A stretch of DNA of 64,000 nt, taken from NCBI GenBank assembly GCA_977016875.1, contig CDRNST010000088.1, positions 2,852,001 to 2,916,000 of the forward strand, written 5' to 3'. Origin of the DNA: Pavona decussata (Eukaryota). Positions 1 to 11,475 of the stretch are shown in pieces. Every line of letters begins with the position of its first letter. The stretch's first letter is position 1. The position numbers and the translations under genes were made by a program. The notes under the pieces were generated by a model, which was not told the origin of the DNA, did no database searches, and worked only from the letters and a program-made list of their open reading frames with translations.

Positions 1-931
1 TGAGATTCAGGTGAGTTGTCAGTGGTTGTTCATACCTGTTCTTTCTGATGATGGGTGGCAGAGAAGTGGGCAGGGGGGGGGGGGGGGGTTGACTGTTTTC
101 AATAGCACAAAATTCGAAAGAAATATTTAAGAAAGTGTTACGGCCTGATTGCATGAGCCGCCCTGGCCTGGTTAGCAAAACGGTCCATTAGTAATTCAAT
201 CTTTCCTTTTCTGTACAATGCATAAAGGTCTAGCAGACAGTCAAGGTTTATAAAACTTCAAAATAATGCACCAAAACGCTGGTTTATAATCCCTTAACGC
301 ATTTTTGTATGTGTTTTTGGAGTTATTTTCAAAACAACTGGTTCTAAAGTTAGCCGTTATTGGGCTGACCTGCCTCATGTAATACTGTTAGCGTGTAAAA
401 CCAAGCCAGCCTGGCTATCTAATCAGACCCTTAGTGTGGACAATGGCAATAATGAAATGATTTGATTGTAACAGCAAATGATGTACAGGCCTTGAAAGAG
501 GCGTTCCCAATTAAAGACAAAGAAGTTGTCCAGGCTCTTGCAAGTGCTGTGGGGTCAAGAAATTAAGCTGCGGAGTAACCTTTACCAGCAGGGTTGAGCA
601 GTGAAGTCACTGATCAAATTAGTAGGTATGTGCAGTACATAATCCAAAAGGGGAAAGGGAGGGGAATTGTTGCACCACATCTACAAGAAATGGAAAAAAT
701 AGGCAGTCTCAGACTGCATGTGTCTACTGCAGTTATGGTATAGAAATGTGATATAAAAGAATTGAAGAAAAGGGAAATAAGACTGAAATGAAAACGAAGA
801 GGGAGGAGTGGAAATAGGATAGAGATAAAAAAAATGGTTGTAAAAATATTGCACAGAATACTGGTGAGATTGAGATTAAGCTGGTATCGTTTACCACAAA
901 CATTTTGTAAGAAGAGAACTGTAACTTTTTA

Positions 932-1758
932 CACGGAATGCCCGCAGGGCATGACGTGTCTAGGTTTCGGTCGGGTATCTTTTTCTTCATCGGTGTCATA
1001 AATGTGCACATTAATTTATGCATTAAACTCTGTCCTCCCCTAGTAAGGATATATTGTTCTGTTTGTCTTCAACAGAAGCGGCCCAATCAAAATCTATTTT
1101 TCAGGCACATATCACGAGAGAGGGGACCCACTCATCACTTCTGTGTGACGTCAAATCATCATTTGATTTATTCATTAAAACTAGATTAAATTCTTCCCTC
1201 TCCCAGAAGGGATCTATTGTTTTGATTGTCTTGAACAAAAGCGGCCCAATCAAACTCCATTATCTGCGCGTATATCACGAGGGAGGGGACCCACTCATCT
1301 CTACTTGTGTGACGTCAAAGCAAATCATCATTTGGAAAAGTTGTTTTCGTTCAATGGCGGCCACATGTCTGAATTTAAGACTCCGGATCTGCCGTTTTCA
1401 GAGAGAAAACCAACCTTTTTCAAGCAGTAAATCGAAATAATAACTTCTAGGTAGTACTCGACAGTTGAAACGGCGGAAATTGGGAGAGTTCACAGCAAAG
1501 AAAATCTGCTTTAAAAAACAGATCGAATGATCAACGCGAAGGATTAGAGCTAGAGTAGGCCAGACCAGTTCAGCGGGGTCATGACGTTATTGCATAGTTA
1601 TTTCTGGTATGATTCCTAGTAACACAACGATAAGTATCACGCAATATATCTGAATAAAACCATTCAGACAATTATTTCAATGGCCAAGGGAGGATATTTT
1701 TTAAATATCTGCGAAACATACAATGGGGAATAATTTGGGCTACATTAAGCATTCCGTG
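932..1758. mobile_element. Non-autonomous CMC-type (CACTA/Mirage/Chapaev-like) DNA element
   Basis: Perfect 10-bp TIR CACGGAATGC (932-941) / GCATTCCGTG (1749-1758), flanked by TA on both sides (2-bp TSD). Contains an internal imperfect direct repeat (~1068-1165 vs ~1231-1333). Confidence 0.6.
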
Positions 1759-2668
1759 TAATGCCATTAGAGGGGCATCTTGTTTCTAACATAAACAATG
1801 TATTATATAATCTTACAACGTGAACCACAACTTTGTACTGAAAGCAATGCAGCAAAGTTCTAAACATAAAGTACTGAAAGCAAAGTTCTAACCTGAAACG
1901 TGGGCATAAAATGCAACGGAAACTATTAAATAAATTAATCTATACTGAACTTATGAATGGCAAGTAGCATTCTTTAACCCTTTGACTCCTGTCGTATTTC
2001 CATAGTTTTCGCATAAATTAACTTTTTCGTGCAGCGGTTCAAAATGCGCAGTAGGTAAATAAATATCGTTGGCTTCCAAAATTAACTGCATATTAAACTG
2101 GAATGATTAAACAAATGTTTTCTGACGTAAAATAATATCGTTACTATTAATCATTTGCCGAAAAACACACTTGAACGCAAAAATATCTAAAATTCACGGC
2201 ATATTGGTGAAGACCTTTGGCATATCAAATTTCAACCTTGATTACGCATTTGTCGCTTTTCAAACGCATATATGAATTGACAAAGACACAAAAATCAACA
2301 AAAAGCTTTTCCAACAAAACATTTTATTGAAATAAACGATGCATTTGCTATTAGAGGCCAAAACTTTCAGTTTTTTTTTTTGCGTGCGTGCAAACACGCA
2401 TGTAAAATTTGAAGACACTCCGTGTTTGTTCAAAGCGATCACTCGCAGTAAATTGGGGCACGTTTGCGATGAAAATTACAGAAGTTACAGAATTCTGGTT
2501 CAAATCATCACTTAAACTATTTGTAAAAAGCAAATCAACATCGGAAAACATCATTTACCGTATTGTCGCCATTGTCCTGATCCGCAAATACAATCGCTTA
2601 GATCTCGGTCAGTCGAGGATTAGCGTCAGCTTTCGATAGGATTCCATTTGGGATTCCTGTGGCATTTA

Positions 2669-2755
2669 CACTCTTACACTCTTTCACTCTTTCACTCTTT
2701 CACTCAACCCGATGACATAGTGTCTACGCTTCTCTAGAAGCCGTAGACACAAAAA
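2669..2755 (-). mobile_element. Helentron-associated (HINE/DINE-1-like) element 5' end
   Basis: Read on the minus strand: TTTTT, then inverted repeat GTGTCTACG...CGTAGACAC (2720-2750), then an 8-bp microsatellite (CACTCTTW)n at 2669-2705. No 3' end found. Confidence 0.4.
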
Positions 2756-3788
2756 CGAAGTGTAGTTCCACATATTTCTTCCAAAATAATGCAGTCATTT
2801 CCATGGCAAATTGTTCTTTCTTTCTTAAGCTTTAAAAACTTGCGTATTTATATAAGTTGTGCTAAACTCAGTTTACTTCTCTGTTTTGCTTGAGGAAACA
2901 GACGTCATTTCACTCTGCCAGTACTGGTTTTGCTGTATGGCCAATAAGGGTACTGCAAAACAAAAGTTAACATCTGCTTTCTTAAGCTTTCCTTTGTTGT
3001 GCTCAGGGAACAGTTTTATATAATTGGATGTTCTGAAGACATGCTAATGTGTGTGTAAAAGCTGAAGTGGATTTTCCTGGTATTTTTTTTACCTGAGGAC
3101 ATGATATGCAATACTGTTAATGATGATGTAAGCACTGGATATTATGTCTCCATGTCAAATTAGGGTTTTACTTTCTCTTACTTTCACAAGCAGGACTGGG
3201 ATGGAGTAAATGTCCGTAAAAGATAACACCATGCCAGGCCCTTGAGCCCACGGAATCGGCCACGAAAATCATCAGCGACTTGTTTTCAAAATGGCGGCCT
3301 GATTTGAATTACAAAAATTTAGCTAATTTATGACATAAATTTAAAAAGCTGAGATTTCTAGGAAGTTTGCAGGCCAGGCTGCAAATCACGAAGAAAGCGA
3401 AGCATGGTGGCTTTGTCGAGAATTAGTTTTGCCGCAGTTCAGGTGAGTTTTACTCGATTTTTAACCTATTTTTCCTTAGGATGTCGGGCCTACTCTATTG
3501 ACGTTTTATGTTCTTTCCTATAGAAATAAATTGTGATCTGGTCGTGGCAAACAAAATCAAAAACGGCAGAAACCTAGCGAGTAGCATGGAGGTCCCAAAA
3601 TGCTTAAAAATTCGTGTGAAACTTGGCTTTTTTCACCTAAAAAATGTACCCACGTTTCGGTGGTCAAGTCCCACTGGGACAGCCATTAAGTAGTCCATAG
3701 CCAACGAGGTCAATGTTTAACTCATTTTTTGTTGGTTGAACTGTAAGCTTTATATTTCATTTATTTTAAAGATTTCATCCTTTAAATA

Positions 3789-4342
3789 TATAACCTTATT
3801 TTATTTTGATTTATTTTCCCCTGATGCTTAATCCCCACTCCTAGTTTTCCAGGAAACCTAACCATTAATTGCTACCTGACTGCTTAATCGGAAGATCTTT
3901 AAAGTTGATTTTGAAAAGCATCTGAGAAATTATAGTGAATAAGTGAAACATACTGTTCATGAATTTACTATTGCACGAGTAGTTGATTTTTGAGAATCAT
4001 TTATGAAATTATAATGAAACATGCTGTTCATTAATTTAATAGTTCCTACTGTTAAACATCTCACTTATAACCTTATTTTATTTTGATTTATTTTCCCCTG
4101 ATGCTTAATCCACAATCCTAATTTTCCAGGAAACCTAACCATTAATTGCTATCTGACTGCTTAATCGGAAGATCTTTAAAGTTGATTTTGAAAAGCATCT
4201 GAGAAATTATAGTGAATAAGTGAAACATACTGTTCATGAATTTACTATTGCACGAGTAGTTGATTTTTGAAAATCATTTCTGAAATTATAATGAAACATG
4301 CTGTTCATTAATTTAATAGTTCCTACTGTTAAACATCTCACT
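3789..4342. repeat. Tandem duplication, 2 x 277 bp
   Basis: 3789-4065 and 4066-4342 are near-identical (tataaccttatttt...gttaaacatctcact). Confidence 0.95.
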
Positions 4343-5324
4343 CAAATGAGTTCTTCTTTTGATTTTAGGGTTATTGCCTTTCTAGTACTCTTGGCGTGTA
4401 AAGTCTATGTACTGAGCTGGTCAAGTGTGGCAGAATTTCATATTACTCATCGATTTTTTTTTTTACTTCACTTGAGAACAAGTACAAACTGCCACCAGCT
4501 GTAGCTGATGCTTTAGTTACATGCCCAGAAAGGGACGGAGCAAGAAAGCAATATCCAAGGCTTACTTTCCCATTGGACAGCACGCAAAAAACAAGAAGGA
4601 CTTGAGAGAAGTGTATTCGAAATTTCAAGAAACTCAAAGGAGGTTAAACTGTGTAAAAAAGGTGATTGTTAGAATCTCTCTTTAAACCACAGCCCTTTGC
4701 GTGCTTGTGTTATTGTCTTCCTGCTTTTCAGTGGTCTTCGGTCGCATGCGTAGCCGGCCTTCGCCTCTATATCTTGATATAAAAACTAAATAGAGCCTTG
4801 GTTGAGTTGAGATGGAGAGGATAAACGGCAGATTTGTTACCACAAGAGAAGATTCCCAATTTTGGTATTACCAAAAATGGCGGCGAACAAAGGGTGACGC
4901 ACGTAAAGGACTGTTGTTGAAAGACGCTCTTTAATCTTTATCCTTTGATCATGAATTGTGATTACATATCATGTGAAATACATTATTAAGAAGATTTTAA
5001 AATTTGATCATTGGGGTCTAAACCTTTTAAACCCCACTGGCCACCAAGACATGTTGGATGATGTTTGCTGATGTTAGTATATATGGTAATTTTTATTGTT
5101 CTTGCTCAAACTTACAAATAAATCATCAAGTTAAAACAATGGAAATCAGAACCGTGATGGTGGTTTCGGATATGTCATCTTAATTAGCATAATATGTTAT
5201 GTCTATTTCAGTAAGTTCATGGATAGAGCTGCCTTGAAAAAAGATCAACATAAAACTGCTGCTTCCAGAAGTTTTGTGTTAGCTAGATGAAGATTAATTT
5301 GGTGCTTTTTTTGTAAATGAATAG

Positions 5325-7624
5325 GTTAAGAGGGCAGAAGACCATATTGTAGTCAGTCAGGAAAAGTTAGATAGTTTACAAAGAAAAAGGAAGTCAGAAG
5401 ATAGTGAGCAGAGTTCAAAGGAACTAATTGCAAGAAAGAGGAAGAAGCTTAAAAGACAAAGAAGCAGTTCAAGGCTTCAGAAAGAAAACTCTGAACAATT
5501 TGAAGTACCCCAAGCAAAAAGGTCTGCTAGTAGAAGAAAGCAAGAGACTCTAGAAATATGTGGTGAATTGCATGGTGCAACTGATACTGATCAAAGTCCT
5601 GCCTTTGATGGCATGTGGGCTACATTGATAAATGCCAGTTCACCACTTAGGTTAGCTAGCTATATTTCACATTCTGCTAAGGCAAAAAAGAAGGTGTTAC
5701 CTATTGTAGTTAAGAAGGAGATCAATCAGTTTGAAAAAAGCAAAGATAACTTAAACAGAAGTATTAAGGTATTATATAGTGGGGGATTACTCAGTAAGGA
5801 GAAGTATAAATCCATCAGAACAAATTTGCCTATGACAAATAGCAGTACTGCAGTGAAAGGAAAATGCAGTATCAAAATTATGCCTAGTGTTTCCTTGCCA
5901 AAGTTGGTGCCTTATGATAAGCTGATAAACTACATTAAAACAATCGACTTCAATGAGAACATTATTGACATGGCTCCTGAATTTTGCTGGGGTTTACCTA
6001 ACAGTGAAGAAGTGAATGGAGCCTATCGGGAACTAGAGGAATTTGTTTTAAAACTTGCTGAAATGTTTATAGTGGTTGATCAAGCTCTTGGGTCAAAGTC
6101 ATTCTTTAACCACTTGGGAAGTGACAAATATCACTTTAAGCTTGCCATAGGGGCAGATGGGGCCCCTTTTGGCAAAGATGATGAGGCAACGGCATGGTTA
6201 ATTTCTTGTTTAAATGTGGCTAGCCACATTGCAAGTCCAAATCAAAATTTTCTTATTGCTGGTGCAAATTGTAGCGAAACTCATGTGTGCATGCAAAGGT
6301 ATGCTAGGAAATTAGTGAATGATATGAACAGCATGACAAGCAAAAGTTACAAAGTCATGGATTTTGATGTTAAGGTTCCGTTTGAACTTCTCCCCTCAGA
6401 CATGAAGTGGCTGGCATTCATGGGGGGAGAATTGTCCAATGCAGCATTTTACTTCTCCCCTTTTGGGAATGTTAATGATGACACAAAATCTACTGTCAAT
6501 GGGACCCTGGGTAAGGGTGGCCAAAACACTTGGCAGCCATGGCCTTATAACAAGCGCCTTGAGATAGCTGCAAAAGTTTCAAATTTAAAGCAGCAATTGC
6601 AGGAAAAAAACTATGCTAAGTCCACTAAACGAAAAAAAGGTGTTGGATTTTATCAGAAATCAGAAATCCAGGCAAGAGTTTGAGCCTCTCGTTGGTCCCC
6701 TGATTGATGTCGGTTATGCAGAACCTTTACACAATGGCAACAATGGATGGCAATTCTGGCACAGTTTGATTCTTGAGCTGGCTTTAGGCAAATCTCGTTT
6801 GCCTGGGGGTTGCAATGAGCTTGACAAATTGCCAGCTGATTCCCCTTTCATTTGTTATTTAAGTTGCCTTAGAAATAATTTTGGACTCACTCGCCTTGTA
6901 AAAAAGGTGAAAAAGTGGTTCACAGAGGGGAGGAAAAAATCTTTTGACTTCAGATTTACAGGCAAAGAGACAAAGAAAATGTGCCACAAGTTCATGCTCT
7001 TGCTTGACAGTGTTAGTAGGGAAAGTGACCCACCAGAAACCAAACTTAAGATAGCTACCTTGGCCTTCTGCGGCCTACAGCTTAAGAGATGCTGTATCCT
7101 TGTTTTCTAGGGTTGAAATTACAGGGAGCGAAGTAGCTAAACTAAGGATTGCTTGCCAGAATTTCTTTAATGCCAACTCTTTGCTCCTTCGAGTTTCCCC
7201 CACTGTTTGGACTATCGGGTACGCAATTCCATATCATGTCCAGATTCTGTATGAAAAATATGGTTTGGGCTTGGGCCTTAACAGCATGCAAGGGAGAGAA
7301 GCAAAGCATGTTAAGCTGAGTCAGTATGCAAAACATTCCACACTCTCTACACGTTGGAGACTAGTTCTCCGTCACGACTTTATAGTCTGTGTGTGGATGG
7401 GTAAAGAGGATCCACTTAATGTGTCTTATGTAAAAAGTAAGGAACACTGTATTCCACCTGAGATTAACTCTGAAGGGTTTTGCTACTGTGGGTTTCTCAA
7501 ACATGATGACGAGGAACTTTGTCAGTTCTGTTCCTCAAATCTCTACAAGGCAGTTAAGAATTCTGCAGAAACTGGGGTCTTGGCAAGAGAAATATGCAGT
7601 CTTGCTAGTGTGACAGCCTATTGA
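5325..7624 (+). pseudogene. RAG1/Transib/CMC-like DDE transposase, two frameshifts
   Basis: ORFs 5568-6683, 6613-7110 and 7100-7624 join into one protein; the frame is open from the splice acceptor at ~5324. Motifs in RAG1-core order: LAIGADG (D, 6156), ELLPSDMK (D, 6399), AEPLH, GLGLNSMQGREAKH (E, 7298). Basic NLS-like N-terminus; C-terminal CYC...CxxC. Confidence 0.7.
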
Positions 7625-7952
7625 GACTTTTTTAATCATGGATTCGCCATGCCACCCACAGTGACTTGGTAGCTTAAGGTAAATTTGTTCTAGTTTCCAC
7701 TGTTACTTCTTGAAGAAAACAAGGTTTAAATAATATATTAACATATTGTGATAGTTAATTTACTAATCTGGTGCCTGCTGTTCAGTGTTGCTTGGCATTT
7801 GTAGAAATTTCCCTCCTGCAATTTGTGGCACTATTATTGTTGCAACAATATTGTTATAAACGTTCAAAGGTTTCATCTGTTACAGGTAGTTCAGTGGAAT
7901 AAACTTTGACAATTTAACTGGGACTTGTATTTGTATATTATTTTAACTCTCA

Positions 7953-8370
7953 AACCCTTTAACTCTCACTCCCAGGATCTGATTACAAATTCTCCCTTGT
8001 AGCTGCTATTTATTTTACTGTACATTAGTTAAGGAATGTGGGGTTCTCAAGATTATGCCTTCTGGCTGATAAGTTTATCTATTCTCATCACCTGCCTACT
8101 GGACAATGTATGGACATTGTGAGGAGAAGTTACATGGTAATCACTAGATCTTGGAGTTATGTCTCGAACAATTCCAAGCGCGATCATCCCCCACTCCCCA
8201 GGCATTTGTTGGGCATTTGTCTTTTGATTTCCCCCCCCCCCTCCCCGCCCCGGGCTGACCTTAGGGAAATGCCCCACTGTGGGGAAAGAGAAGTGACAAA
8301 ATGCCCGACAAATGCCTGGGGGTGTGGGGTGCATGGGCTTAGGATCGATCAAGCCATTAGTTAAAGGGCT
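7953..8370. mobile_element. MITE (AACCCTTTAACT...AGTTAAAGGG) with a nested MITE at ~8158-8359
   Basis: Terminal inverted sequences present; the right TIR is split by a second element ttatgtctcgaacaattcc...ggatcgatcaagccatta. Confidence 0.6.
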
Positions 8371-8497
8371 ATTATCCTTTACAACCTAGCATCAATAAAG
8401 ACCCTTAATGGCCTTATTTAACACTTACAAACTCTAGAGCTGAACAGGTTAAATGCATTCACAACATAGTTAATTTCTCGTGTTGCTTTGCTTTCAG

Positions 8498-9117
8498 TTA
8501 AACAAGTGTGCGCTGAGGGATGCCATTCCTGTTGAAGTAACCATATCTTGCCTTAAAAGTAATTTTTTCTAAGGTCTTAGAGTAGTGGAAATAAGCTGGG
8601 TGGTCTTCCTCAACAATGATTGTGCTGTACGAGCCATCCTTTTCCTTCCTAACGAGCACATCAGCTACAGGTAGCGACGGCTTGTACTTGTTTGCAAGTG
8701 AAGTAAATAAATGGCGAAATTTGTCACGATTTGTGATCTGTAATTCTACAACACATCGAGTATTCTTGACGACAGCTCCGCCATTTTCTTGCATAACATA
8801 CAACATTTTAAGGTCTCGAATATTTCCTGAGGCAAATTCCAGGTGAAAGACACTGTGCATGGACGAGAAGCACTTGTTTTCTTCTTCATTCTCCGTAAGG
8901 TGATTTTGTGCCAGTGAACCACCGTACGGGACAACATTCTCGCCGGCTGGGAAAGGTGATATTTGAACGCTTTTTCTCCAGGCAAGGTATGCTTTTTGAT
9001 TACCGCCCTGGTCAGCTGCAACAGTTCATCACTAATTTCTATGGCCAAAGACTGATCATCAGCCGTATCGATGTAATTTTTCACGAGCTCGTGAACACTG
9101 ACGATAAGCTTCGCCAT
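8498..9117 (-). pseudogene. Orphan ~205-aa protein with one frameshift, convergent with the RAG1-like gene
   Basis: ORFs 8746-9117 and 8498-8860 overlap in different frames; the ATG sits in AAAATGGCG context. No recognisable domain. Confidence 0.5.
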
Positions 9118-9512
9118 TTTGAATTTGAACCACGCAGGCGCCTATTTCGCGTGGTAGCCGATTGTGGCTAGCCAGGAGCCCGCCATGCACATTATAACTC
9201 AGCACGTTGTAACACTGCCCAAATATGGCCATGGTGCACTCAATATCTGTCTTACATAGTCAACAGATATCCTGCAATATACGTAGTTTTGTGCGCCGGG
9301 AGAAAAATGACAAAATAAAGATTGTCTCTAGCTTTTTCTGCAATAAAGCTGTGCTTTGTTATCAGTGTCTTGAATAACAGAACAATTATCCTGCTCAATA
9401 TTGGCTGAATTTAGCTAATCTGCATCAGTCCGTGCCGGGTAAGTGTTAGGAGATATTCCACACGATTTTACAGGATAATTGTGTAATATTTATACCACTG
9501 TTTGCTTCTTTT

Positions 9513-10415
9513 TCAAAGCCTTGATGATATCTTGAGTGTCCTCGTAAGAAAAGTTAATCAGGAGGAATGGATTGATCGTCCCATTAACAGAAACGATATC
9601 TTGCCAAATGGCATCAGGCGGCTAAGAATTAAGAAGTAAGATGGTCTTTTGAAGATCCACTTCTTCGGGGATAATGGGGTAGACACCAGAGGCCTGCAGA
9701 AGGAGTTTTTATCCGGTAATGATTAATTTTTTCAGTAAACGGTTTGAACCCAGCACTATCTGTAGTTTGTTTAGTTTGATCATCCGGGTGAATGTAATTT
9801 TTAAAAGTAATGTTGTTGCTGACAATGAGTGATGTTTCATCAATCTTGAGCGGTAGCCATCTTCAGAGTCATTTTGCGGTGTTTATATCTCTAGTGGTAG
9901 TGTAATGTTATGGCTATGAAAACTCAATCTGACTATTGTTATTCATGTATTTTAAATAAAGGAATGGTAGTAATTCACAGTGTACCTTCATTTTCATAAT
10001 TGCTGGTTGTATTCTCATTTGTTTGCCTACCAGGTTATCAAAGCCTCAGCCAAATATATTCCTGTCCAGTCTTCCCACTCAATCAATACCTGTTGATGCT
10101 CCTAAACAGTATGTCTCCCCACAAATAATGTTAGAAAGGTATAAAGATATTACAAGTTTATTTCCCCATAAGTACATGTTTTAATTTATTAATTGCGGAC
10201 AGCATTTATTGTGGCAGCTCAGCCCACATTGTTTGAGGGCTGTTGAGCCTGTCGAGGATGGCTAATTTACAGTAAATGGGCAGCTGATGATCGTGTCTGT
10301 TCTCCAAGAGGGTCCACCACCAGCCTTTTTAGCTGAGTGGGTGACCACGTATTTGTGCACCACTCATGTCGCAGAAATCAAACTGACAGATGATATTATA
10401 AATCCAGACATAAAG
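9513..10415 (+). pseudogene. HECT E3 ubiquitin ligase (G2E3-like) remnant, spliced
   Basis: Exon ending at ~9715 encodes LKIHFFGDNGVDTRGLQKEFL (HECT F.GE.G.D.GG..REF motif) followed by a GT donor. Exon at ~10203-10415 encodes GQLMIVSVLQEGPPPAFLAEWV. Contains stops and is truncated at ~10416. Confidence 0.65.
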
Positions 10416-11475
10416 TGTTGCAGCCAAATTCTTCATGGTTTTTAGTATTTCCTTTCAAGTTTTAGAGTTTCTTTGACTTAGATAATTCTTAGTTCATGTG
10501 GTTAGGACAACAGAGATACGGCATATGGAACAAAGAAATGTATTATCTTTTGTATTAGGTAGTTTTTCTCACTACGTGTTTAGGAAAAACACCAGTTCTA
10601 GTCTACGAGTCACCGCACTTACGTCAAGCTTGTAACGTCTACCTTTTTGAGTCTAAGATCCCTCAAGTGGACACAGATGTAAGTTTTATACCTTTTTTGT
10701 ATCTAGTTTCTACTTTCGTATCAGCAATTGTTAACTTTCATTTCTATAGTTTGTAATACTAGTTTCTAGTAAGTCTTGTACTTGTTCCTTAGTTACATCG
10801 GATTAAGTCACTCCTACGTATGTTTCCTGAAGTTAGTGATAGTGTCATACTTAGTCCAACTATAGTTTTTATTTCGGTATTTCTTAGTTTTCTAAACTGC
10901 TTTGCCTTACAAACCCTTCAAATACAACTGCTTCAACGTTAAAATCGCTTCACTAGTAACTCTTCATTAACGTCGCTTGGTAATGGTTCAATAAAGGCTG
11001 TTTTATTAGACTTTGTCGCAACCATTGTTGTGGTGAACTTCAAAGTGCGTAATGAATTTCTGTGTTGATGCTGTAATGATAATGTGTTGGAATGAAAACA
11101 TCCCATAGATCTTTATGGACCAAAAGCCAGGAAGGAATCAACTTTAGTTCTCCTACAGAGGCTTATGGGATTTAAATGTGACATCGTTGACGGATTGCCT
11201 TCGAAAATATATGTCGGCCTTCCTATCACAAGATCCTCAAGTTTAAGACATTCACTGAAATGTTTGAAAGGTCCACAGCGCAACAAAAATCAGTAATTCG
11301 ATTTAGGCGCTGCAAAAGTGAAGGAGACAGCCATGACCAGGTAGTGACAGCCTGAACTTTCCAAGTTCTTCACAACTGAGTTTGGATTTTTGTTCAGTAG
11401 TCGGGCTGGAACGAGGTTGGATTTCCTTTTCACGTGTTTAGGTAATTTCGTCTGTCGATGGAGGGTCCATCATAG

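Noticed and set aside
489-625. Exon of a host gene (ALKEAFPIKDKEVVQAL)
   Set aside because: Splice signals are present, but it has an in-frame stop and is too short to assign.
1974-1991. piggyBac left terminus TTAACCCTTTGACTCC
   Set aside because: No convincing partner TIR could be linked to it or to the piggyBac fragment at 22.6 kb.
10416-11024. Solo LTR (TGTTGC...GCAACCA with AATAAA)
   Set aside because: Plausible, but there is no matching TSD, PBS or second copy to fix the boundaries.
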